A program made the position numbers and the translations under genes. Positions 36,612-46,090 of a DNA stretch of 64,000 bases are shown here, in pieces. This stretch comes from a virus, in IMG/VR virus record IMGVR_UViG_3300009678_000004, positions 630 through 64,629 of that record. One strand, written 5' to 3'. The notes below the pieces were generated by a model, which searched no databases, had not been told where the DNA came from, and worked only from the letters and a program-made list of their open reading frames with translations. Within the stretch, counting starts at the first letter, position 1. Every line of letters starts with the position of its first letter.

Positions 36612-36853
36612 GCCTCACCGGCCGCTGCGCGGGCCCGCTTCACGACCTCGGGCCCCGGCGTCGGCTTGGGCTCATGGAACAGTGTGCCCTGTCCGTCGCG
36701 GATCTCGCGGCGCAGGCGTTCGACGCGCAGCCTGGCGCCCTTGATCTGGAACGCGAAGTCGGCGTTGCTCATCGCCTTGGCTTCCTCGAGCCGGTCGATC
36801 TCTTCCAGCGCCTCGAGAAGCTCGGCGGTCATGGCGTTCGGTGTCTCGGTCAT
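36608..36853 (-). CDS. Hypothetical coiled-coil protein
   Basis: AAGGAGG RBS. Confidence 0.55.
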   Translation of the reverse strand: MTETPNAMTAELLEALEEIDRLEEAKAMSNADFAFQIKGARLRVERLRREIRDGQGTLFHEPKPTPGPEVVKRARAAAGEA

Positions 36854-37045
36854 GGTCCCCTCCTTGGGGGTGAAAGGGGCGCGGCAATCGGCTTGGTCGG
36901 CCCGATGACAAACCGACCAACAGCGCGAACGGGATCCGCGCTGCCGGAGCTGGCGGTTCCGACCGCCGCGTCCATCGGAAAACGAGCGACGGCTGGTGCT
37001 GGCCCCACGCCAGCGTGCTCCGTCCTCCCAGCCGCCGCCCGAATG

Positions 37046-37225
37046 TCATGCGTCCTCTCCCTCGGGTTGCTCTTCGAGCGGGAGGATCTGCAGGTAAAAG
37101 CCCATCGACTCCGCGACCGCGCGCGCCTTCTCCACGTGCTGCTCGCAGATGCCCGACTCGTTCTTGCCGGGCCATGTGTAGCGATAGGCCGCGGGGTTCT
37201 CGCAGCCGACCTGATGGCACTTCAT
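37046..37225 (-). CDS. Small zinc-finger protein
   Basis: CHQVGC..YTWPG..CEQH. Confidence 0.55.
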   Translation of the reverse strand: MKCHQVGCENPAAYRYTWPGKNESGICEQHVEKARAVAESMGFYLQILPLEEQPEGEDA

Positions 37226-37481
37226 GGGGATGACCTCAGCGAAGGGCGGCGCCGCCACGGAGCCCGCAACGCTGGGAGTCGCGGTCCCTCCGTCGTCGTC
37301 CCTCGCCTCGGTCTCGTCCGCCGATTGCCAGGAGGAGCAGCAAGCAGCGGGCGCTGTTCGGTGGTAGAGTGAGGCCAGCGAGAGAACGCGGCCCGTCTCA
37401 GCGGATTGGTGTTGAACATGCTACGCCTCCGAAAACCGGGTTCTCGTGTGGGTTGCTGAGCACGGGCCGCCACGATTCGCA

Positions 37482-37793
37482 TCACCCCTCCCTGAGTCCG
37501 AGATCGACCAGTAGCTCCATGCGTCGCCGGTCGCGCGCTTGCTCGGCCGCGGCGCAGGCGTCGAGCGCCATTGCCTGCTGTCGGCGGTGGTCGGTGCTGC
37601 GCGAGCCGCGGAGCTTCTGCAGCCGACCACCGAGCCTCGCACACTCCGCCTGCAGGCGCTGGTATTCCTGGTCGTTCTTCAGGACGTCGTCGGTGAGCAG
37701 CAGCTCACGCGGCGGCGGCGCCTCGACGGCGACCATCGTTTGCTGGCACCACGGGCACAGGTCGGACATCGCTCCTCGCTTCCTCCGGGTCAT
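37482..37793 (-). CDS. Hypothetical protein
   Basis: CPWC plus coiled coil. Confidence 0.45.
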   Translation of the reverse strand: MTRRKRGAMSDLCPWCQQTMVAVEAPPPRELLLTDDVLKNDQEYQRLQAECARLGGRLQKLRGSRSTDHRRQQAMALDACAAAEQARDRRRMELLVDLGLREG

Positions 37794-38671
37794 GCCTTGA
37801 CGGCCCTCGGCTTGGCCGCTGCCTTGAGGCTCTCGAGTCCTTGGCGCAGGTCGGCCGGCGGCATCCGCTCGACCTTCAGCCAGCTGCGGTCGCCGAAGTG
37901 TCGCTCGAGCAGGTTCTTTCGCGCCTCGCCGGCGGCGCTGCCAGGTCCTGGCGCGCGCTCCTTGAGCAAGGCCGTGATCTGCTCGCAGAGAACGATGCGC
38001 TCGCCGGCGTCCGGAGAGACGACGATCACCTCGTGGGTCGGCGCCGGGGGCTCGGTCGTCTCCGTCACGATCATCGTTGGCGCCGCGTGCGTGACCATCG
38101 GCGCCCAGCCGGATCGCTTGCCGTGGTAGACCCTGAGGCACGCGTCCCAGTACTCGAAGTCGGCGAGATTGGTGTAGGCCTCGGACAGCGCGTACTTGCC
38201 GTCGGGCTTGAGCTGCAGACCGAAGCGCTTCTCGACCAGCGCGCCCTCGCAGTGTTGAAGGGCCTGCGCATAGGCGGCAGTCTGCAGCCGGCACCATTTG
38301 GGAACCGCGCCGCTCTTGCCGTCGATCAACACAGCCGCGCCGTGCATGACGCCGTACCAATCGAGCGTGCCGGCATGGTTGATCCCGTGCACCTTGTGCT
38401 CGATGAACTTCGCCTTGAAGCCGGTCTCGGTGAGGAAGCGCTTGAAGGCAGCGATGTAGCCCTTGAGTCCGGGTGAGAGCGAGTCCTCGTCTAGGTCATC
38501 CTCGAGCAAGAGCCGGCACGCGCGATGCACGATCTGCCCGCGGCGTCGCGCCTCCGGTGTGAACCAAGTCGTGTCGACCGCGCCCACGTCGGTCAGCACG
38601 GCCGTCACGCCCGGCAGCGTGCGACCGTCGAGCGTGTAGGTGTGCGTCGTCTTGTCGAGTTGCAGGGGCAT
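37790..38671 (-). CDS. PD-(D/E)XK exonuclease (RecE-like partner of RecT)
   Basis: PGVTAVL, RGQIVH, AGTLD, LIDGKSG, QTAAYA. Confidence 0.8.
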   Translation of the reverse strand: MPLQLDKTTHTYTLDGRTLPGVTAVLTDVGAVDTTWFTPEARRRGQIVHRACRLLLEDDLDEDSLSPGLKGYIAAFKRFLTETGFKAKFIEHKVHGINHAGTLDWYGVMHGAAVLIDGKSGAVPKWCRLQTAAYAQALQHCEGALVEKRFGLQLKPDGKYALSEAYTNLADFEYWDACLRVYHGKRSGWAPMVTHAAPTMIVTETTEPPAPTHEVIVVSPDAGERIVLCEQITALLKERAPGPGSAAGEARKNLLERHFGDRSWLKVERMPPADLRQGLESLKAAAKPRAVKA

Positions 38672-39564
38672 CAGATCACCGGCTCGCTCTCGGCCATCTC
38701 GATCGGCGCCGTGTTTCCGTTCGCCTTCTTGGCGCTCTTGCGCTGCGGCTCCTCAAGGATCACCGCGTCATCCGTCTCGGGATTGGCGAGCTGCTGCAAG
38801 GCCTCGCCATCCGGAATGCTCTCGAAGATGTTGGCTTCGCTCAACGCCTCGTCGCTGGTTGAGATGCCGTTGATCCGGTTGTCGAGTTCGAGTGCCTGCG
38901 CCATCTCAGTCGACTGCGGCGCGCGCTTGAGCAAACGCTTGAGCGGCGTCTTCTTCCACATCTCCTCGTCCGGGCCCTTGCGGTTCCACGGGCTGTCCTT
39001 TCCCGTGTTCTTCGAGACCGACTTGACCTGCAAGATCTGTGCAGCCGACATCCACTCGAAGTCCTTCTCGCCGCTCGCGAGTTGGAAAACGGCATAGGCA
39101 CCGACCGCCTCGCCCGGATCTTCCTCGAGAGACGGCTTGTGGATCATGCGGCGATCGAGACCGAGGTCGATGTCGAACTCGTCGCGCTGATGCACGACGT
39201 GGGCATAGATGATCTTCAGCTCGCCCGTGTTGCGCGCGATCTTGATCAAGCCGCGATACATCGGCTGGAACGTCGCCACAGTCCCATAGGGAATGATCGC
39301 CGCCTCTTGCAGTGGCGTGTTGGGCTCGAGTCCGAGCATTGCACTCTGCAGCACCGCACCGACAAAGCTCGAGAACGTGCAGTCGGCGAGCGCCTTGGTG
39401 CGCTGCAGGGAGTTGATCGACACGCGGATGATGCGATCGGCCGAGACCTGTTTCGGGAGCGCTCTCACGATCTCGTCACGGTGTTGCTCGAGATACTCTC
39501 GGATCTTGGTTGGCACGGCGTTGGCCGGCCATTTCGCGACATCGGTTGCCATCGTTGCCTCCAT
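38671..39564 (-). CDS. recT: RecT ssDNA-annealing recombinase
   Basis: LGLEPNTPL.EAAIIPYG, YRGLIKIAR, EEMWKKT.LKRL.K. Confidence 0.9.
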   Translation of the reverse strand: MEATMATDVAKWPANAVPTKIREYLEQHRDEIVRALPKQVSADRIIRVSINSLQRTKALADCTFSSFVGAVLQSAMLGLEPNTPLQEAAIIPYGTVATFQPMYRGLIKIARNTGELKIIYAHVVHQRDEFDIDLGLDRRMIHKPSLEEDPGEAVGAYAVFQLASGEKDFEWMSAAQILQVKSVSKNTGKDSPWNRKGPDEEMWKKTPLKRLLKRAPQSTEMAQALELDNRINGISTSDEALSEANIFESIPDGEALQQLANPETDDAVILEEPQRKSAKKANGNTAPIEMAESEPVI

Positions 39565-39565
39565 G

Positions 39566-39961
39566 TCAGAACGGAAGTTCTGCGTCTGTCGTTTCGGTCT
39601 TGTTTGCCTCGGCGCCGCCGCCGCCCTTCTTGGCGCCGTCGATAAACTCGAAGTTCTCGACCGTAACGCCCATCTTGGTGCGCTTCTGGCCGGTGGTCTT
39701 GTCGGTCCACTCCTGTCCGGTGAGGCGACCTTCGAGCAAGATCGGCGAGCCCTTGGCGAAGTGCTCCTTGATCACCTTCCCGCGCGCGCCCCACATCGCG
39801 CAGTCGATGAACGTCACCTCGTCCTGCCACTCCTCGCCCTTCTTGTAGCGGCGGTTGACGGCCAGCCCGAACGAGCAGACCTCGCCACCGTTCGGCGTGA
39901 ACCGGATCTCCGGATCGCGCGTCATCTTGCCCATCAAGATCACTTTGTTCATGCCACCCAT
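39566..39961 (-). CDS. ssb: Single-stranded DNA-binding protein
   Basis: NKVILMG..TRDPEIR, acidic LPF tail. Confidence 0.95.
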   Translation of the reverse strand: MGGMNKVILMGKMTRDPEIRFTPNGGEVCSFGLAVNRRYKKGEEWQDEVTFIDCAMWGARGKVIKEHFAKGSPILLEGRLTGQEWTDKTTGQKRTKMGVTVENFEFIDGAKKGGGGAEANKTETTDAELPF

Positions 39962-40015
39962 CTCATAGTCCTTTCGTGTGGGGTTATGTCCTAACCTCTA
40001 AGTATACCCCGCATA

Positions 40016-40786
40016 CTATCTGTGTGCCGTGCTCTCCTTGGTGCGTACCGTGATGCCGCGGATCCGCAGTTCGCCCTTCTGCGAACGTGCCAATCGGTTG
40101 CACTCGGGCTGGTTCGCGGCGAGCACGACGAGCGCCATGTCGATCGACGTCTCGCCAGAGGCCACGCCCTCGATCAACTCGCGCAGATCGACCTCTGCGT
40201 ACCAGGTCTCGCGCACGCTCGCACCAGCGACCACCGGCACGTTCGGCGGCAGGATCACTTCGATCTCCGGTATGACCGGCAACGACTCGGGCGGTGTCGG
40301 CGGTGCATTGGCGATGATGTCCAGGCCGACCTCGGGCATCCCGTCGTTCGCCCACTTCTCCGCTGCGGCAAGCCGGCGGTCTTCCTCGGCCTTGCGCTCG
40401 GCATCGGCCCGCGCCTTGGCGGCGATGCGCTCGGCCTCCTGCTTGGCACGGATCTGCGCCTCGAGCCGCTGCTTCTCGGCCAGCTGGGCGGCCCGCTGCT
40501 CGTTGCGCCAGTTGACGGCCTTCACGCCGAACAGGCGGTCGGCGTCGAGCGCCGGTGTGAGCGCCGCCTTCTCGGCCGCGCAGATCGCGGCATGGCGCTG
40601 GCTCGCGTCGCGCTTGACCTCGGCGAACATGAACTCGATGCGCTTGCGCAGATTGCGTGCGGTGCCCTGGCCGTTCATGGCGGCGACGTAGCTCTGCTCG
40701 TCCTTCACGACGAGCGCGTTCGCGTTCTCCGTGATCGTCGCCAGTTCGGCGGCGATCCTGGTGGTGTCGGGTAGCTGGGGCGTCAC
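40016..40786 (-). CDS. Coiled-coil phage protein associated with the recombination module
   Basis: Long A/E/R coiled coil; C-terminal RETW..IRGI. Confidence 0.6.
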   Translation of the reverse strand: MTPQLPDTTRIAAELATITENANALVVKDEQSYVAAMNGQGTARNLRKRIEFMFAEVKRDASQRHAAICAAEKAALTPALDADRLFGVKAVNWRNEQRAAQLAEKQRLEAQIRAKQEAERIAAKARADAERKAEEDRRLAAAEKWANDGMPEVGLDIIANAPPTPPESLPVIPEIEVILPPNVPVVAGASVRETWYAEVDLRELIEGVASGETSIDMALVVLAANQPECNRLARSQKGELRIRGITVRTKESTAHR

Positions 40787-41127
40787 GCTGCACCATCCTT
40801 CCGCTCGCTCGCGACCCTTTCCTCGAGCGCGGCGAGTTCGGCCTTGAGCTCCGGAATGTGTCGATCCTCCGCACCCTGGAGCCACAGCTTGACGCCGCAG
40901 ATCCCGCAGAAGGGCAGATCGCCACCGACCGAACGCGGCTCCTCCTCGGGGTTGAACCGGCGGTCACAGCGGCTGCACGTGCGCATGTTCGGGCACTTCT
41001 CGCCGAGGCCCTCGCACGTCGCGCAGATGCCGTCCTTGCACTCGCCGCAGTCGGTCACGTGCTCGAGGTCGGTACCGCCGCCGCAGTGCGCGCAGGTGAT
41101 GCGGCTATCGTTGGCTTCGATGCTCAT
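40783..41127 (-). CDS. Multi-CxxC zinc-finger protein
   Basis: Five CxxC motifs. Confidence 0.55.
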   Translation of the reverse strand: MSIEANDSRITCAHCGGGTDLEHVTDCGECKDGICATCEGLGEKCPNMRTCSRCDRRFNPEEEPRSVGGDLPFCGICGVKLWLQGAEDRHIPELKAELAALEERVASERKDGAA

Positions 41128-41390
41128 CGGGCACCGCCATTCATGCGCGCCATCACGAGGCGCATCACCTCCGCGCAGCTCAATTCCGTGCCGGCCGCAA
41201 TGACCTCAATGGCCACGTTCATCATCGCCGCGGCACCAGCACCGGCACTTGTGCCCTGATGCTCGCGGTACGCATGGGCGTGGTGCACCGCCACCGAGAG
41301 CATCCGCTCGCCCTGCAAAGTGAGCACGCGCGCGGGCACCGGCGTCGTGTGCTGGTCGAACAGCCGAAGCGCATCCTTGATTGATCTCAT
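41124..41390 (-). CDS. Hypothetical protein
   Basis: Coupled ORF. Confidence 0.45.
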   Translation of the reverse strand: MRSIKDALRLFDQHTTPVPARVLTLQGERMLSVAVHHAHAYREHQGTSAGAGAAAMMNVAIEVIAAGTELSCAEVMRLVMARMNGGAR

Positions 41391-41794
41391 CGCGCCCCCC
41401 GATCTGCCTGGACGTCCTTCAGGTCGGCCGTCAGCTGGTCGATCTGCTCGTCGCGCGCCTCGATCCCGTCCCGCTGCTGCTCGATCACCCTGGCGGCGTT
41501 CAGGATTAGCGCGTCCTTCTGCTCGCTCGACAGGTGCTCCAGCACCGCGGCGCGGTTGGCCGTGGCGAAGTGCGACAGCTCTTCGATGTCGCCGCCGTGC
41601 ACGAGCGCGACCGCCGGCTCGAGGATCTCGATCGAGACTTCGACCTTGCCGAAGCCCCGTTCCTCGTGCGCCTTGCCGTCGGCAATCTGCTGGCGAGCGA
41701 AGCGCCTTGCCAACTCTTCCGAGAGCGGGACGCTGCGATCCTCGCGCAGCTCGCCCGCCACCATCGTCCTGGTCACCACGATCGCGTTGCGCAT
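41387..41794 (-). CDS. Hypothetical protein
   Basis: GGAGGG RBS; coiled coil. Confidence 0.5.
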   Translation of the reverse strand: MRNAIVVTRTMVAGELREDRSVPLSEELARRFARQQIADGKAHEERGFGKVEVSIEILEPAVALVHGGDIEELSHFATANRAAVLEHLSSEQKDALILNAARVIEQQRDGIEARDEQIDQLTADLKDVQADRGAR

Positions 41795-41796
41795 GC

Positions 41797-42069
41797 TCAC
41801 GACACCCTCCGATCCATCCCGCTCTTGGGGGCCATGGTGAGTTGCTCGCCAACCGTCGCCCACTCGCCGCGCGGCTGGCAGAGCAGCGTACTGACCACGC
41901 CGGCGTTCATGTGGACGGCCTTGAAGGCGAAGCCCGTCCCGCTCGTCGGGTAGGCCTCGAGGCAGATCGTCATCTTGCCGGAACCGCCATCCTCCACCGG
42001 TCGCAGGGCCTGCGCCCATGCCCTGAAGGTCAAGGCCCATCGCTTGTTCTTGAGTTCATCGTGGCTCAT
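41797..42069 (-). CDS. Hypothetical protein
   Basis: GAGGAG RBS. Confidence 0.5.
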   Translation of the reverse strand: MSHDELKNKRWALTFRAWAQALRPVEDGGSGKMTICLEAYPTSGTGFAFKAVHMNAGVVSTLLCQPRGEWATVGEQLTMAPKSGMDRRVS

Positions 42070-42084
42070 GTCATCGCTCCTCGT

Positions 42085-42270
42085 TCAGCTCTTCACCGAG
42101 ATCAGTCGCAGCGTCGTCACTTGCGGGGGCATGTTGCGCGCGGCCGCCGAAGCCTGCGCGGCTTTCAGCGCGTCGAGGTCATTGCGCGCCAGAACCGTCA
42201 CCTGGTCCCACTGTCCGAGCATGTTCGCGCTGAAGGTGTAGACGCTCATGGTGTTCCCCTTGGTGCTCAT
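42085..42270 (-). CDS. Small early hypothetical protein
   Basis: In the early gene run. Confidence 0.45.
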   Translation of the reverse strand: MSTKGNTMSVYTFSANMLGQWDQVTVLARNDLDALKAAQASAAARNMPPQVTTLRLISVKS

Positions 42271-42281
42271 CGTTCGGTCAG

Positions 42282-42485
42282 TCAATCCAGCCCGTTCGCC
42301 TTGAGGTTGCTGATCATCGCCTTGCCCAGCTCCAGCGCGCGGCGGTAGTCCTCGAGCTTCAGCTTCGCGTCCTCGATCAGGGCCGCGTCCTTCACACCGT
42401 TCTGCGCCATGACCAGGGCCGCCTTCATCGCAACCTTCGCGCTCAGCTTCGCCCTCTGGATCTCGTTCATGATCTGCGTAGCCAT
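42282..42485 (-). CDS. Small early hypothetical protein
   Basis: AAGGAG RBS. Confidence 0.55.
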   Translation of the reverse strand: MATQIMNEIQRAKLSAKVAMKAALVMAQNGVKDAALIEDAKLKLEDYRRALELGKAMISNLKANGLD

Positions 42486-42512
42486 GGTCGTCTCCTTGGT
42501 GCTCGTCTCGCC

Positions 42513-42773
42513 TCAGAAACCGAAGTCGCCGCGATAGGTCGCGAAGCCGTCGGCGTCGACACCCTCGAAGCTCACAATCACCTCGAGTTCGCGCGCCAGG
42601 AAGGTCCGCAGCTCGCCGGTCGGGCTGATCCGCACCTTCACGTTCCCGGCGAAGATTCCGCTCGTCTCGACTGCGACCACCGTGCCCGTCACGGCCTCGT
42701 AAGTCGCGCTGCAGGTCGTGTTCACGTAGGAGACCCGGTCGTTGATCTTCGGGCTGTTGGTCGTGGTCCTCAT
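42513..42773 (-). CDS. Small SH3-like early protein
   Basis: KINDRVSY..GTVVAV..VKVRI; AAGGAG RBS. Confidence 0.55.
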   Translation of the reverse strand: MRTTTNSPKINDRVSYVNTTCSATYEAVTGTVVAVETSGIFAGNVKVRISPTGELRTFLARELEVIVSFEGVDADGFATYRGDFGF

Positions 42774-43231
42774 GGTCGTCGGCTCCTTGTCCTGCGTCCT
42801 TTGTCCTTGCCACTGTAATTATCGTCAAACTGTGCGTGTGTGCTGACTAGAAAACCGTGTGGACATGGAAATGGGTGCGCTCTCAGAAGAAGACGGCACG
42901 GACCACAGCGACGAGCACCGCCGAGCCAAAGACGCCGGCAAGGATCAGCGTCACTCCGGCCGATCCCTCGCAGTCAGGATGGATCAGCGGACCGCCCGAG
43001 ATGAGACAGGAGGTGCAGATGGGAAACGCGCCAAACGGTGTGTGGGCTTGGAGCCCGGCGCGGGAATCAGTGGAGCCATGAGGCGTGACGAGAAAGCCGC
43101 ATTTGGCGCAGTAGGTGGCCAACGATCCCCCCTTCTCGGGGGATCAACGCGAGCGATTTCAGGCGAAGGCGTTCCGGTCAAGCGCGCGGCGGCAATGCAC
43201 TACCGTCAAGCTCCGCCAGCAAATGACCCTA

Positions 43232-43275
43232 GACTGAAAATCAAGGTGTCGGCGGTTCAACTCCGCCCCTGCCCA
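43232..43275 (+). other. attP core: 3' half of tRNA-Phe(GAA)
   Basis: GACTGAAAATC anticodon loop, GGCGG-TTCAACT-CCGCC T-arm, CCTGCCCA acceptor strand; 5' half absent; about 400 bp from the integrase. Confidence 0.85.
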
Positions 43276-43418
43276 TCGCCAAAGCGTCGCGCGATCCCCA
43301 TTCGTCCTAGTCAAAAACCCGATGGAACAAGGGGATTATCGGGAACTGTGCCTTTGTGTACAGGGAAAAACTTTGTGTGTGAGCGACCGTGTGTTAAGGT
43401 AGGCGGAGCATGGGACCT

Positions 43419-43670
43419 ATGACTAAACGGAAGCCGACCCCCGCAGAGATCAAAGAGGCCATCACCAGGCCGCCCGGCACGATTCCGATCGCCGAGGCCG
43501 CCAAGCGGATCGGCTTGGACCGGGCCACCGTCTGGAAGATGTTCATGGCCGGCGAGATCAGGGGCTGGCGCAAGGTGAGCAACCGCCGCGTCTGGATCTA
43601 CGAGACGGCGTGCGACGAGTACATCGCCAACGCGATTGCCGCCGACCCGACGCGGAAGCCTCCCCGCTAG
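43419..43670 (+). CDS. Excisionase-like HTH_17/MerR-fold protein
   Basis: IAEAAKRIGLDRATVWKMFMAGEIRG. Confidence 0.75.
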   Translation: MTKRKPTPAEIKEAITRPPGTIPIAEAAKRIGLDRATVWKMFMAGEIRGWRKVSNRRVWIYETACDEYIANAIAADPTRKPPR

Positions 43671-44620
43671 GATTGTGGCAACCACGGTACCGGCAACGAG
43701 TTGACTGCGGCCTCCGCCTCCTTGGTGTCGACGTGCGTGTAGACGCTCATGGTCAAAACGATCGTCGAGTGTCGCGCGAGCATCTGCGCCGTGCGCGGGT
43801 GGACGCCCGCGCGGGTGAGGTTGGTCAAGAACGTGTGCCGGAGCGCGTGGAAGTCGGCAAACCTTCCCGTCGCGTCCAGGTAGGCGATGCCCACCGCCTC
43901 GATATCCCGTTTGAACATCTGCGCCGCGCGGTCCCACCAGCGGCCGGGCCAGATGCGCCCGAATCCACGGCCCGCGATCCAGATCCTCAGCTCGTTCACC
44001 AGCTTGGCGTTCAGCGGCAGCCTGTCGTCGCGGCGGTTCTTGCTGATGGTCGCACGCACGCGCAGCATCGCCGGCACGCTCGCCAGATCAAGATCGATGC
44101 GCGTCAAGAGCGCCAGCTCTTTGGCGCGCAGCCCGGTCAGCACCGCGAACAGGTAGAGCATGGCGCGATCGCGGCCGGTGAGCCCGTACGTGTCGCGGCT
44201 GGTGCTGGTCGCGTGGATGACCTGCGCCATTTGCTCGTCGGAAAGTGGGCGGCGCAAGCGACGCCGGTCGGTTCTTTCGTTCGCGCGCTGCAAGCCCAGC
44301 AGCGGGTTGCGCGCCAGCAGTCCCTCGCGTACGAGCCAGGCGGCGAACGAGCGCACCGCGCCCGCTCGATAGTTCAGCGTGCGCGCGCTCGTCCCCTCGC
44401 TCTTGCGTGAATCGTGCAGCCATGCCCGAATGCGATCGACGCGCTCGATGTCGGCCTCGGCGTCCAGCTTGCACGCGATGATGCACCGAAGGATGGTCCG
44501 CACAGTGGTCCGGATGTGTTCTTCGCAGTCATCCTTCTGTCGGAGGTAGGTCTCGTAGTTCTCAAGGAGCCTGAGAATGGGACGCGTGGCATTTGCAAGG
44601 TAGGCAACGGGACGCAGCAT
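43667..44620 (-). CDS. int: Tyrosine integrase
   Basis: TGLRAKEL, ADFHALRHTF, LARHS..LTMSVYTH catalytic motifs. Confidence 0.9.
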   Translation of the reverse strand: MLRPVAYLANATRPILRLLENYETYLRQKDDCEEHIRTTVRTILRCIIACKLDAEADIERVDRIRAWLHDSRKSEGTSARTLNYRAGAVRSFAAWLVREGLLARNPLLGLQRANERTDRRRLRRPLSDEQMAQVIHATSTSRDTYGLTGRDRAMLYLFAVLTGLRAKELALLTRIDLDLASVPAMLRVRATISKNRRDDRLPLNAKLVNELRIWIAGRGFGRIWPGRWWDRAAQMFKRDIEAVGIAYLDATGRFADFHALRHTFLTNLTRAGVHPRTAQMLARHSTIVLTMSVYTHVDTKEAEAAVNSLPVPWLPQS

Positions 44621-44832
44621 CGACTCAACCGCCTGACCCCCGCCCCAACCGCCAAGTTGGATCGGGGCGGCAATTGAAACGCCCACAGTCGTTCTAAGTC
44701 AACGTTCCATAGCGGGATGTCCCTTGACTAAGTACACGTTGACTAGCGACTTGCGCGCGTTTCACTCGAACTGTTCACGCCAAGGAATGCGCGCGTCAAT
44801 CCGATACGGAAGACCTTGCGCGATTCGCAAGA

Positions 44833-45429
44833 TCAGAAGAAGACGCTGAACCCGATCGCGACGCGGAACAAGTCGAGGTCGCCGCCAAGCTCGTCGTCGA
44901 CGGCAAAGAACCTGTATTGCGCCGCGAGGTCGACCGCGATGTCCTTGCTGAGGAACGCGCGCAGCCCGGCGCCGACCATGAACATGAACGCCGTGTCGCT
45001 CTCGCTCTCGCCGCCGAGGTCGGCGCTCACGTAACAGAGCCCGGGCCCGGCCTCGACGTAGGGGATGACCGCGCCGGCCGCGCGCTTGGCGGGCAGGTTC
45101 AGGCGCACGATCGGCGCGAAGCCGACCAACGCCACCTTGGCCGTGTCGTCGTCGCTGCCGCTCACGCTCTCGTCGGGATCGAGCTTCTGATGCTGGCCGA
45201 ACAGGTTGGCGCCGACCTGGACCACCTCGTTCTTGGTGACGTGGCGCAGCACGGTCACGTCGGCGGCGGCAACGTCGAGATCGGCCCCGTCGTTGGACGC
45301 CCGGTCGTAGGAGATCGTGCTCTCGGCCTCGGTGATCTTGGTCGCGCAGCCGGTAGCGAGGAGTAGGCCAAAGAGTAGACCGCCACTAATTCGGCCTGAT
45401 CTGTCGCGGAAAATCCGAATGGTGCGCAT
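44833..45429 (-). CDS. Outer-membrane beta-barrel protein (Lom/OmpW-like moron)
   Basis: IPYVEAGPG, VGAGLRAFL, amphipathic strands, C-terminal IGFSVFF; LLATGC lipobox-like. Confidence 0.8.
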   Translation of the reverse strand: MRTIRIFRDRSGRISGGLLFGLLLATGCATKITEAESTISYDRASNDGADLDVAAADVTVLRHVTKNEVVQVGANLFGQHQKLDPDESVSGSDDDTAKVALVGFAPIVRLNLPAKRAAGAVIPYVEAGPGLCYVSADLGGESESDTAFMFMVGAGLRAFLSKDIAVDLAAQYRFFAVDDELGGDLDLFRVAIGFSVFF

Positions 45430-45550
45430 GGGGAACCCCTTTCGTTTTGAGACGGGGTCCCCATCGACCGGCGGGCGGGGTGGACTTGAGGGGCGCTGGC
45501 TCGCCCCCTCGGCCGTTTGCTTTTCGCCTGCTGCTCGGTACGCTTCACTG

Positions 45551-45844
45551 ATGGTCGACGCCGAGTGCGAACTCAGGACTCTGGATCCGGGAATCAGGCG
45601 ATTCGTCGAAGCGCTGCGCGAGGAGGGCGTCGAGACGTTCGAATCCTGCGAGGGTGGTCCGGGCCACGCCTATCCCGAGCCCACCGTGAGATTCCACGGC
45701 GAGCGCGCAGAGGGCTTCCGCGCGCTCGCCGTGGCCTTGACCAGGGCCCTGCCCGTCTACGCATTGCGGCGTGTCTGGCCCATGCAAGACGGTGAGCCAA
45801 CGGGTCCCTACTGGGAGATGACGTTCACTTTCCCTGGCCGTTGA
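45551..45844 (+). CDS. Hypothetical protein (T.ESCEG..H family)
   Basis: LDPGIRRFVEALREEGVETFESCEGG.GH. Confidence 0.55.
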   Translation: MVDAECELRTLDPGIRRFVEALREEGVETFESCEGGPGHAYPEPTVRFHGERAEGFRALAVALTRALPVYALRRVWPMQDGEPTGPYWEMTFTFPGR

Positions 45845-45983
45845 GTCGAGCGCAATGCTCACAGAGCGGCTTGTTGCCGGTGCCGGAGCGCCGATTCTCC
45901 TTCTCGATGTTGTTGCCCTCGGTGCACTTGGTGTTGTTGTGGTGCCGGTTCTCCTTGATCGAATGCCACGGGCTCGTCTGCAT
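45825..45983 (-). CDS. Small His/Cys metal-binding protein
   Basis: HNNTKCTEGNNI..GTG..LCEHC; AAAGGA RBS. Confidence 0.6.
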   Translation of the reverse strand: MQTSPWHSIKENRHHNNTKCTEGNNIEKENRRSGTGNKPLCEHCARLNGQGK

Positions 45984-46012
45984 GGAATGGGGTCCTTTCG
46001 TCGTTGATTGGT

Positions 46013-46050
46013 GAAAGAAGAAAGAGCGCCCCGGCGGTCCACGCCGGAGG
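46013..46050 (-). terminator. Probable intrinsic terminator
   Basis: CCGGCG-TGGAC-CGCCGG hairpin followed by a T-rich tract on the minus strand. Confidence 0.45.
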
Positions 46051-46090
46051 CGAGGGGAATGTAGAGAGTGGCGCTGGCTCGCCCCTCGTC

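Noticed and set aside
37790-38671. Cas4 adaptation nuclease for the array
   Set aside because: No four-Cys Fe-S motif; coupled to recT and ssb as a recombination exonuclease
42800-42860. Precise sigma70 promoter for early genes
   Set aside because: AT-rich with GATAAT and TTGACG, but no correctly spaced -35/-10 pair
42883-43122. 79-aa ORF as repressor
   Set aside because: No HTH; Cys-rich with a C-terminal TM segment; coding status uncertain
43200-43280. Complete tRNA-Phe gene
   Set aside because: No 5' acceptor strand or D-arm; interpreted as attP
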